Positions 9,271 to 15,952 of a stretch of DNA of 15,952 bases are shown here, piece after piece. Where the stretch lies: positions 1 through 15,952 of the IMG/VR virus record IMGVR_UViG_2874920711_000013; one strand, 5' to 3'. The DNA is from a virus (taxonomy: Duplodnaviria > Heunggongvirae > Uroviricota > Caudoviricetes). The translations under genes were made by a program, and so were the position numbers. Each line of letters opens with the position of its first letter. Within the stretch, counting starts at the first letter, position 1. The notes under the pieces are model-generated. The model was given only the letters and a program-made list of their open reading frames with translations, searched no databases and was not told where the DNA came from.

Positions 9271-9462
9271 TTAAAATCCTGCCGGGATTTCGTTATTATC
9301 CTGGTGAATAACTTTATCGACCGGATAACAGTTGCCTGGAATTTTCTGTTCGGTTGCTGCTGCCATACATTCCTGCATTGTTCTGTGAACACTGACTGCA
9401 ATATCAACTGGCTCTCCGGAAACAAGAAAAACCGTCAGAATAAGTGCAAATACTGGATTCAT
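9271..9462 (-). CDS. ydfD: YdfD-like small membrane/lysis protein, 63 aa
   Basis: MNPVFALILTVFLVSGEP... with a hydrophobic N-terminal segment. Its start overlaps the dicB stop (TCAT at 9459-9462). Length and position match Qin-prophage ydfD. Confidence 0.7.
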   Translation of the reverse strand: MNPVFALILTVFLVSGEPVDIAVSVHRTMQECMAAATEQKIPGNCYPVDKVIHQDNNEIPAGF

Positions 9463-9647
9463 TGTGCACATCCTTTTGGCATCAGACGTAAACGGGCCAG
9501 CATTGAAACAATGCATACTTTATTTAATAACTCCCGTTCGTGTTTTCTTTTGTTAATGGCCTCTTCAGTAAATACAGGATTACTGATAGTGACACCAATT
9601 TCAAAACAACCTTCAGACGTATTAACGTTTGGTAATAACGTTTTCAT
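9459..9647 (-). CDS. dicB: DicB cell-division inhibitor, 62 aa
   Basis: MKTLLPNVNTSEGCFEIGVTISNPVFTEEAINKRKHERELLNKVCIVSMLARLRLMPKGCAQ. GAGGG ribosome-binding site 8 nt upstream of the ATG at 9647. It lies directly downstream of DicF. Confidence 0.85.
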   Translation of the reverse strand: MKTLLPNVNTSEGCFEIGVTISNPVFTEEAINKRKHERELLNKVCIVSMLARLRLMPKGCAQ

Positions 9648-9820
9648 TATCGCGCCCTCAACAATGAGTTTTGTGATGCGGTGCCTGGTGCCTCCAGGTG
9701 ACGTTAACCAGTTAACAATTAACGCCGGATACAGAGAATCCACCCATAACACTGTTTTTGGTTTTAACTGTTCCGCGTGCGCTTAGCCGCATTCACCGCA
9801 TCACAAAATTCACTTTAAAA

Positions 9821-9873
9821 AGGGCGGCAGAGCAGTCACGGAGTAAAACTGATACCGCCAAACGTCACCAGAA
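9821..9873 (-). ncRNA. dicF: DicF small regulatory RNA (Hfq-dependent antisense RNA, ftsZ inhibitor)
   Basis: Minus-strand sequence TTTCTGGTGACGTTTGGCGGTATCAGTTTTACTCCGTGACTGCTCTGCCGCCC followed by a T-run (9816-9820). The terminator hairpin is GGCGG...CCGCC. Identification is from my recollection of the DicF sequence. Confidence 0.8.
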
Positions 9874-10215
9874 AATTGATAACAGAGGGCGTTGCAGCGG
9901 GGTTGTCACTTAAGCGTATGGTCAACCTGACAACCCGGTGTCCTCAACGGGGGAAGGAATAACCCCGCCATACTTACCGCCGCGCCATTTCGCGGATTGC
10001 CACAACCGGAAGCGCACGGTCGACGAAAATTTAACGACAGGCTATCTATGAACCAGCTACCTCGCCGTGCGCTTTCGCGTTATGGTCTGACTTTTCAGGG
10101 AAATATCCTTTCAGTAAACTGTCAGTGCCGGATGCTCACCCGTGTCCGGCGCACGCACTCCACCTCACCCGTGGAGAACTCCTTAATTACTAACCTTAGC
10201 TTTGTTGATTAGCTA

Positions 10216-10434
10216 CTAACGCGGGTATGTAATCATTCTGGCAATGCTTAATGCCGCTGCTTTTTCCAGATTGGTGATATCCTGCTCCAGAGCGGACAGA
10301 TTTTCAGCCTGCTTAGCCCTGGCTTCATTAGCCCATTTCAGATCCTGCGCTGCATTAATTTTCTGGCGCATCCACTCATAAAGTTCATCATCGGTATAGT
10401 CTGGCGCGATGATGACGGGTTCTCGTTTCTGCAC
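10216..10434 (-). CDS. ydfC: YdfC-like prophage protein, 72 aa (GTG start)
   Basis: GTG start at 10434 preceded by GAGGA 6 nt upstream. Size and position match Qin-prophage ydfC. Confidence 0.7.
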   Translation of the reverse strand: MQKREPVIIAPDYTDDELYEWMRQKINAAQDLKWANEARAKQAENLSALEQDITNLEKAAALSIARMITYPR

Positions 10435-10463
10435 GCTGATTCCTCGCGGTGCTGTTTCGCTTA

Positions 10464-10592
10464 TCAGCCGTTAGATTTTGCCGAACTGGAAAGCGCCTGT
10501 TTAAATTCGCTGAAGCTGAGAGCTTCTTCGCCTTCGGCAAGGCCTTCGAAGTATTCTTCGTAAGCCTTTTCCATGATTGTGTCGAAATCCAT
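10464..10592 (-). CDS. ydfB: YdfB-like small acidic protein, 42 aa (shorter than the 60-aa cutoff of the ORF track)
   Basis: Found by hand: ATG at 10592 with AGGTGG 7 nt upstream, encoding MDFDTIMEKAYEEYFEGLAEGEEALSFSEFKQALSSSAKSNG. It is tightly packed after ydfA (stop 10594-10596). Confidence 0.65.
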   Translation of the reverse strand: MDFDTIMEKAYEEYFEGLAEGEEALSFSEFKQALSSSAKSNG

Positions 10593-10593
10593 A

Positions 10594-10749
10594 TCACCCA
10601 CCTGAATTTCTTTCCAGCCAGCGACGCGCTCCAGATTCGGTTTTAAACGTTTTGCTTTTGGTATACGTCATTGCGGTGAAGGTGCCGTCCTGGTTGGGAA
10701 ACACGCCGTACACCAGAGATTCGTTGTTGCCAAGATCGATAGTATCCAT
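10594..10749 (-). CDS. ydfA: YdfA-like small protein, 51 aa
   Basis: ATG at 10749 with GAGG 7 nt upstream, encoding MDTIDLGNNESLVYGVFPNQDGTFTAMTYTKSKTFKTESGARRWLERNSGG. The longer track ORF (to 10872) reads into the IS66 end and is not native. Confidence 0.7.
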   Translation of the reverse strand: MDTIDLGNNESLVYGVFPNQDGTFTAMTYTKSKTFKTESGARRWLERNSGG

Positions 10750-10893
10750 GCTGACCTCATTTCCCCTTAACGCCGGGGTAGCGGAACAAAAACCTGCTGC
10801 ATAGTTATTAAGTAAGCGCCCCATCAGCGACGTCTTGTGAAAATTGTCCTGTCTGGCAACAATCGCGCCCATCTATATTGATGGACACGAACG

Positions 10894-11568
10894 ATGAATT
10901 CCCAGACAACAAAAGATATTCCCTGCTTCCGTTCTTATTTGCCTGATGCCCTGCGTTTAAGATTTGAAGATAAACTGACCATCCGGGCCATCGCTCAGCG
11001 TCTGGGTCTCAGTCATTCCACAATACATACGCTTTTTCAGCGATTTCTTGCATCCGGTATCGCATGGCCATTGCCCGATTCAGTTTCATTCGCTCAACTT
11101 GACGCCATCCTTTATGCCAACAGAAAGAAGGAATTAACAGAGCCTCAAATCAGAGAAGGCTCATGGCGAAAAGAACGGCGAACCAGCTATAGCCGTGAAT
11201 TTAAGGCCCGTCTGGCTAAGCAGGCGTTACAGCCTGGGGCTGTTGTTGCCCGGATCGCCAGAGAACACGATATCAATGATAACCTGCTGTTTAAATGGAA
11301 AAGCCAGTACGAGGACGGCTTACTGAGCGATGATGACATACAGGAATGCATGCCTGTCCCGGTGGCACTGACTGATACGCCGGAGCCGACCAGACCAGTT
11401 ACAAATCCCTTCTGGCGTAACAAGCATGATGAGCGCCCTGAGGGGGCTCCCGGAAACGTCCCACGGTGCGAGCTGCATCTTAAATCAGGTGTGGTAAAAC
11501 TGTTTGACCCTCTCACTCCGGAACTGTTACGGGCGCTAATCCGCGAAATGAAAGGGGGTATCCGATGA
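10894..11568 (+). CDS. IS66-family accessory protein OrfA (helix-turn-helix), 224 aa
   Basis: C-terminal half (RRTSYSREFKARLAKQALQPGAVVARIAREHDINDNLLFKWKSQYEDG) matches the IS66/IS3-type OrfA pattern. ATGA overlap with the next gene at 11565-11568. Confidence 0.7.
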   Translation: MNSQTTKDIPCFRSYLPDALRLRFEDKLTIRAIAQRLGLSHSTIHTLFQRFLASGIAWPLPDSVSFAQLDAILYANRKKELTEPQIREGSWRKERRTSYSREFKARLAKQALQPGAVVARIAREHDINDNLLFKWKSQYEDGLLSDDDIQECMPVPVALTDTPEPTRPVTNPFWRNKHDERPEGAPGNVPRCELHLKSGVVKLFDPLTPELLRALIREMKGGIR

Positions 11569-11912
11569 TAACGCTGCCGACCGGTACCAGAATCTGGATC
11601 ATCGCTGGCATCACAGATATGCGTTGTGGCTTCAATGGCCTGGCTTCGAAGGTGCAGAACACGCTGAAAGATGACCCGTTCTCCGGGCATATCTTCGTCT
11701 TCCGGGGCCGCAGTGGCAAAATGGTGAAAATACTGTGGGCCGATCGTGACGGGTTATGCCTGTTCGCCAAACGCCTGGAACGGGGCCGCTTCGTCTGGCC
11801 GGTGACCCGGGAAGGGAAAGTGCACCTGACGCCAGCTCAGTTATCCATGCTACTGGAGGGGATCGCGTGGCAACATCCCAAACGGACAGAACGGCCTGGC
11901 ATCCGGATATAA
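11565..11912 (+). CDS. IS66-family TnpB (Orf2), 115 aa
   Basis: MITLPTGTRIWIIAGITDMRCGFNGLASKVQ...KMVKILWADRDGLCLFAKRLERGRFVWP is the characteristic IS66 Orf2 sequence. Confidence 0.85.
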   Translation: MITLPTGTRIWIIAGITDMRCGFNGLASKVQNTLKDDPFSGHIFVFRGRSGKMVKILWADRDGLCLFAKRLERGRFVWPVTREGKVHLTPAQLSMLLEGIAWQHPKRTERPGIRI

Positions 11913-11931
11913 CCCGTGATAAAACAAGGGA

Positions 11932-13487
11932 ATGAACAATGAACTCCCCGATGATATTGAGCTGCTTAAAGCCATGTTGCGTAAGCAACAGAGTCGGCTT
12001 CGACAGTATGCCTGTCAGGTCGCGGGCTATGAGCAGGAAATTGAACGGCTGAAAGCGCAACTCGACAGGTTGCGTCGTATGTTGTTCGGCCAGAGTTCAG
12101 AGAAAAAGCGTCATAAGCTTGAAAATCAGATCCGACAGGCAGAAAAACGACTGTCGGAACTGGAAAACCGGCTGAACACAGCCAGAAATCTTCTGGAAGA
12201 TGCATCGTCAGTCACAGATTCACCTGACACCAGTCCCCCGTCAGAAAACCCGATCGCCAGTAAGCCTGAATCCCCGGGAGACACATCGCCTTCTGCCTGC
12301 TGAAACCAGTTGCCCGGCCTGTGGAGGTGTTCTGAAAGAAATGGGGAAACAATCTCAGAGCAACTGGATATCATTAATACCGCCTTTAAAGTTATCGAAA
12401 CCATACGTCCCAAACTGGCCTGTAGCCGGTGTGATGTCATCGTTCAGGCACCACTTCCCCTAAACCGATCGAACGCGGTTATGCCAGTGCAGGGTTACTT
12501 GCACGGATCCTGGTCAGCAAATATATGGAACATATCCCTTTATATCGCCAGTCAGAAATATACGCGCGACAGGGCGTGGAGCTGAGCCGTAATACCATGG
12601 TGCGCTGGGTATCAGAAATGGCAGACAAACTCCGTCCTCTGTATATAGCGCTGAATGACTATGTTCTGGAGGCAGGAAAGGTGCACGCAGATGACACTCC
12701 GGTGAAAGTACTGGCCCCGGGGAACGGAAAGACGAAAACGGGTCGTCTGTGGGTATACGTCAGGGATGATCGTAATGCGGGTTCATCCCTGCCGGCAGCC
12801 GTCTGGTTCGCGTATTCGGCAGATCGCAAAGGAGAACATCCGCAGCTCCACCTGGCAAAGTATCAGGGCGTACTGCAGGCTGATGCCTATGCAGGTTATA
12901 ACGTACTGTACGAAACGGGCCGGGTGAAGGAAGCCGGGTGCCTGGCCCACGCCCGCCGAAAAATCCATGACGAGGATGTGCGCCGTCCGACAGAAATGAC
13001 TCAGGAAGCGCTCAGACGGATAGCAGAGTTATACGACATAGAAGCGGAGATACGTGGCAGTCCGGCAGAGGAACGGCTTGCAGTCAGAAAAGCCAGAAGC
13101 GTCCAGTTGATGCAGTCGTTGTACGACTGGATACAGTTGCAGAGGAAAACGCTGTCGAAATATGCGGAGATGGCGAAGGCGTTCGACTATATCCTGAATC
13201 ACTGGAATGCGCTGAACGAGTTCTGTCGTGACGGCTGGGTGGAAATAGACAACAACATCGGTGAAAACGCGTTACGATCGGTGGCGGTTGGAAGAAAAAA
13301 TTATCTCTTTTTCGGCTCAGACAAGGGAGGAGAAAGTGCGGCGATCATCTACAGTCTGCTGGTCACCTGCAAACAGAACGAAGTGGAGCCGGAGGACTGG
13401 TTGCGCGAAGTGATCGAGAAGCTCAATGACTGGCCGTCGAACCAAGTGCATGAACTGCTGCCCTGGAACTTCTCGTCTGTAAAATAA
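11932..13487 (+). pseudogene. IS66-family transposase TnpC, broken by four single-base frameshifts
   Basis: N-terminal coiled coil (11932-12303), CxxC segment LPAETSCPACGG (frame of 12200-12463), SEQLDII...[16 protein letters not shown] (frame of 12310-12585) and the DDE domain LYRQSEIY...HADDTPV...[10 protein letters not shown] (12525-13487) lie in different frames. Shift sites are GGG 12276-12278, CC/TT near 12289-12292, GGGG 12343-12346 and CCCC 12457-12460. Confidence 0.85.
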
Positions 13488-13639
13488 TCCTTACGCTACG
13501 TACTTCTCGGGGCGCTTACGTTATTAAAGTTGAACCCTGCCGTCATGTTCTTACGCCTCGGGCTGGCTACTTAACCCCTGACCACTGCCTGGTAACTCGA
13601 AGTATTGCCCTGCATTCTGTGGGCGGGGTGGGTGGCAGG

Positions 13640-13690
13640 CATATAATGTACTTTGCGTTCATTGTTGTAAAGTACTTTTAGTACATTTTG
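13640..13690 (-). promoter_or_regulatory. candidate leftward early promoter (pL-like) with flanking operator half-sites
   Basis: On the minus strand: -35 TTTACA (13666-13671), 17-bp spacer, -10 CATTAT (13643-13648). The heptamer ATGTACT or its complement occurs at 13647-13653 and 13680-13686, with palindromic AGTACT at 13671-13676. Confidence 0.4.
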
Positions 13691-13761
13691 TGTGTAAAAA
13701 AATGAGATGGGATAAAGTGAAGCACAAACCCGGAGGAAGGCGCTACCGGATTTATGCTGGT

Positions 13762-14181
13762 TTAAGAGGCTTTTTGTTTTTTCTTTCGTGCTAACTCTTC
13801 GTAAATTGCATTGTACTTCTGTTTTTTCTCTTCAAGAGTTTTTAAAAGTTCATCTGTCTCACTGTCAGGGAGCTCGTCCAGAAGGTCAATGATGATTTTT
13901 TGTCTTGGATTTAACTCCTGATAGAAACGTACCTGTCCACTTTCTTCTGTATCCTCTCCCAAAAGATAGGTTGGTGTTGTTCCTATTAGTGTTGCTAATT
14001 CCCTTAATTTCTCCCGGCGAGGAATTGTTTCGCCATTAAACCATTTGCTAACCGCTTTTGGTGTTAATTTCATTCGACGGGCAATTTCTGCCTGCCTTCC
14101 ATGTTGTTCATAACCAGCGTTTTCACAGGCTAGCGCAAGCCTACTGGCGAACTCTTTACGCGCTTTATCTTCATGAACCAT
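13762..14181 (-). CDS. dicA: prophage repressor, DicA/RacR-like (N-terminal XRE-type helix-turn-helix, no peptidase domain), 139 aa
   Basis: Helix-turn-helix region FASRLALACENAGYEQHGRQAEIARRMKLTPKAVSKWFNGETIP with a charged C-terminal tail. It is divergent from the Cro-like gene and, once IS66 is removed, lies directly upstream of ydfA-ydfB-ydfC-dicF-dicB. The dicA name is by synteny only. Confidence 0.75.
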   Translation of the reverse strand: MVHEDKARKEFASRLALACENAGYEQHGRQAEIARRMKLTPKAVSKWFNGETIPRREKLRELATLIGTTPTYLLGEDTEESGQVRFYQELNPRQKIIIDLLDELPDSETDELLKTLEEKKQKYNAIYEELARKKKQKAS

Positions 14182-14260
14182 AAGTTCAATGATATTCGCT
14201 CTTGAATGTACTGTCAGTTCTGTTATAGCATGTACTCAAAGTTCACATTGTGAGGGTGAT
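14182..14260. promoter_or_regulatory. divergent immunity control region (back-to-back pRM-like and pR-like promoters with operators)
   Basis: Leftward: -35 CTGACA (14212-14217), 17-bp spacer, -10 TATCAT (14189-14194), 7 nt before the repressor ATG, implying a leaderless transcript. Rightward: -35 TTGAAT (14202-14207), -10 near 14224-14229, GAGGGTG ribosome-binding site at 14253-14259. ATGTACT heptamers at 14206-14212 and 14230-14236. Confidence 0.5.
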
Positions 14261-14515
14261 ATGAACCAGAAAACACTTGAAGATGTAATCAAAACTGTTC
14301 GCGTTGCTGTTGTGGCCGACGTTTGTGGTGTCAGCCAAAGAGCAATCTATAAATGGATGGATAACGGAAAATTGCCTCGCACAGAATATACCGGCGAAAC
14401 AAATTACGCTGAAAAAATCGCTCTTGCATCAAACGGATTATTTTCTGCCGATGCAATTTTAACTATTGGCAGGAATAAAACTACTACGAAAAAGCTGATG
14501 GGAGTTGATTCATGA
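14261..14515 (+). CDS. Cro-like / YdaS-like helix-turn-helix protein, 84 aa
   Basis: ATG at 14261 with ribosome-binding site; helix-turn-helix segment VADVCGVSQRAIYKWMDNGKLP. Divergent from the repressor and translationally coupled to the next gene (ATGA at 14512-14515). Confidence 0.7.
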   Translation: MNQKTLEDVIKTVRVAVVADVCGVSQRAIYKWMDNGKLPRTEYTGETNYAEKIALASNGLFSADAILTIGRNKTTTKKLMGVDS

Positions 14516-14838
14516 AAATCAAGCATGAACACATCCGCATGGCGATGAATGCCTGGGCGCATCCGGACGGCGAAAAAGTACCGGCTGCGAAAATTACCAA
14601 AGCGTATTTCGAGCTGGGAATGACGTTCCCGGAACTGTATGACGACAGCCATCCGGAAGCCCTGGCTCGCAATACTCAGAAAATTTTCCGCTGGGTGGAG
14701 AAAGACACCCCTGATGCGGTTAAAAAAATTCAGGCGTTGTTACCAGCTATCGAAAAAGCAATGCCACCTCTGCTGGTGGCCCGAATGCGCAGTCATAGCT
14801 CAGCCTATTTTCGGGAACTAAATAGCTGCGCGGAATAG
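14512..14838 (+). CDS. YdaT-like protein, 108 aa
   Basis: N-terminus MKIKHEHI matches what I recall of Rac-prophage YdaT. The stop codon TAG (14836-14838) lies 2 bp before the IS630 left end. Confidence 0.6.
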   Translation: MKIKHEHIRMAMNAWAHPDGEKVPAAKITKAYFELGMTFPELYDDSHPEALARNTQKIFRWVEKDTPDAVKKIQALLPAIEKAMPPLLVARMRSHSSAYFRELNSCAE

Positions 14839-14840
14839 TA

Positions 14841-15952
14841 GATCACTTTGAGGGAACTTAGCCCGGATTGTGCGATCTGATCAATCGCCAAATCAAAACA
14901 AATCACCAACCGGACTGAGCAATGCCGATCATAGCACCAATTTCCCGTGACGAACGACGCCTGATGCAGAAAGCCATCCATAAAACACACGATAAAAATT
15001 ATGCCCGCAGACTGACTGCCATGCTGATGCTGCACCGGGCGACCGTGTCAGCGACGTTGCCAGAACGCTCTGCTGCGCCCGTTCCTCTGTTGGACGCTGG
15101 ATTAACTGGTTCACGCAGTCGGGTGTTGAGGGACTGAAATCATTACCTGCCGGGCGTGCCCGTCGCTGGCCGTTTGAGCATATCTGCACACTGTTACGTG
15201 AGCTGGTAAAACATTCTCCCGGCGACTTTGGCTACCAGCGTTCACGCTGGAGTACAGAACTGCTGGCAATAAAAATCAATGAGATAACCGGTTGCCAGTT
15301 AAATGCCGGAACCGTTCGCCGCTGGTTGCCGTCTGCGGGGATTGTGTGGCGAAGGGCTGCGCCAACTCTGCGTATCCGTGACCCGTATAAAGATGAAAAG
15401 ATGGCAGCAATCCATAAAGCACTGGACGAATGCAGCGCAGAGCATCCGGTCTTTTATGAAGATGAAGTGGATATCCATCTTCATCCCAAAATCGGTGCGG
15501 ACTGGCAACTGCGCGGACAGCAAAAACGGGTGGTCACGCCGGGACAGAATGAAAAATATTATCTGGCCGGAGCGCTGCACAGCGGGACAGGTAAAGTCAG
15601 CTATGTGGGCGGCAACAGCAAAAGTTCGGCGCTGTTCATCAGCCTGCTGAAGCGGCTTAAAGCGACATACCGTCGGGCGAAAACCATCACGCTGATCGTG
15701 GACAACTACATTATCCACAAAAGCCGGGAAACACAGAGCTGGCTGAAGGAGAACCCGAAGTTCAGGGTCATTTATCAGCCGGTTTACTCGCCATGGGTGA
15801 ATCATGTTGAACGGCTATGGCAGGCACTTCACGACACAATAACGCGTAATCATCAGTGCCGCTCAATGTGGCAACTGTTGAAAAAAGTTCGCCATTTTAT
15901 GGAAACCGTCAGCCCATTCCCCGGAGGCAAACATGGACTGGCAAAAGTGTAG
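14841..15952 (+). mobile_element. IS630 (Tc1/mariner-like insertion sequence), partial; right end beyond the window
   Basis: The transposase matches my recollection of IS630 (MPIIAPISRDERRLMQKAIHKTHDKNYARRLTAML...HGLAKV). The left boundary is estimated (within about 5 bp) from the TA dinucleotide at 14839-14840. Confidence 0.8.
14922..15952 (+). pseudogene. IS630 transposase with a single-base frameshift
   Basis: N-terminal 40 aa are in one frame and the rest (..ELVKHSPGDFGYQRSRWSTELL...MPSAGIVWRRAAP...) in the -1 frame. Restoring one G in the GGG run at 15037-15039 gives a continuous reading frame. Confidence 0.85.

Larger units (their letters stand above)
10812..13519 (+). mobile_element. 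IS66-family insertion sequence, 2708 bp, with 8-bp target-site duplication
   Basis: Ends are GTAAGCGCCCC (10812-10822) and its reverse complement GGGGCGCTTAC (13509-13519). Flanking direct repeats GTTATTAA at 10804-10811 and 13520-13527. Three-gene IS66 layout inside. Confidence 0.85.

Noticed and set aside
9241-9786. 181-aa plus-strand ORF
   Set aside because: Antisense to dicB and ydfD, Cys-rich odd composition, no ribosome-binding site; a by-product of the opposite-strand genes.
10594-10872. 92-aa version of the ydfA ORF
   Set aside because: The extra N-terminal 41 codons run into the IS66 terminal repeat. The internal ATG at 10749 with a GAGG ribosome-binding site gives the 51-aa native product.
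11187-12060. Minus-strand ORFs of 142-167 aa inside IS66
   Set aside because: Antisense to IS66 orfA/tnpB/tnpC; typical shadow ORFs of GC-rich transposase genes.
13642-13647. Perfect TATAAT on the plus strand
   Set aside because: No usable -35, and it would drive transcription antisense into the repressor gene; it is the complement of the pL-like -10 region.
1-15952. CRISPR arrays or known defence systems
   Set aside because: No spacer-repeat periodicity and no unexplained large ORFs; all ORFs over 200 aa are assigned to integrases, transposases, mtfA or the exonuclease module.

Overview
Enterobacterial (E. coli/Shigella-like) chromosome segment centred on the asnT-mtfA-serU locus, carrying two integrated elements and four IS elements. 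Left of tRNA-Asn (minus strand) lies a P4-type integrase island: integrase (frameshifted), a ~500-bp AT-rich non-coding block with a 62-bp composite palindrome, and an IS91-family element running off the window start. Right of tRNA-Ser is a decayed Qin/Rac-like lambdoid prophage: lambda-family int abutting serU, xis (split by an IS5-family insertion with TA duplication), a DnaQ-like exonuclease, an unknown 337-aa protein, ydfD, dicB, DicF sRNA, ydfC-ydfB-ydfA, then an IS66-family element (8-bp duplication) separating these from the DicA-like repressor, Cro-like and YdaT-like genes, and finally IS630. I found no clearly novel system. The most consequential observation is that every apparent frameshift (at least 12) is a single-base loss in a homopolymer run and all lie in IS or integrase genes or at the edge of the exonuclease gene, so the pseudogene calls may be assembly artefacts. 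Gene names rest on recalled sequence and synteny, not on a database search.
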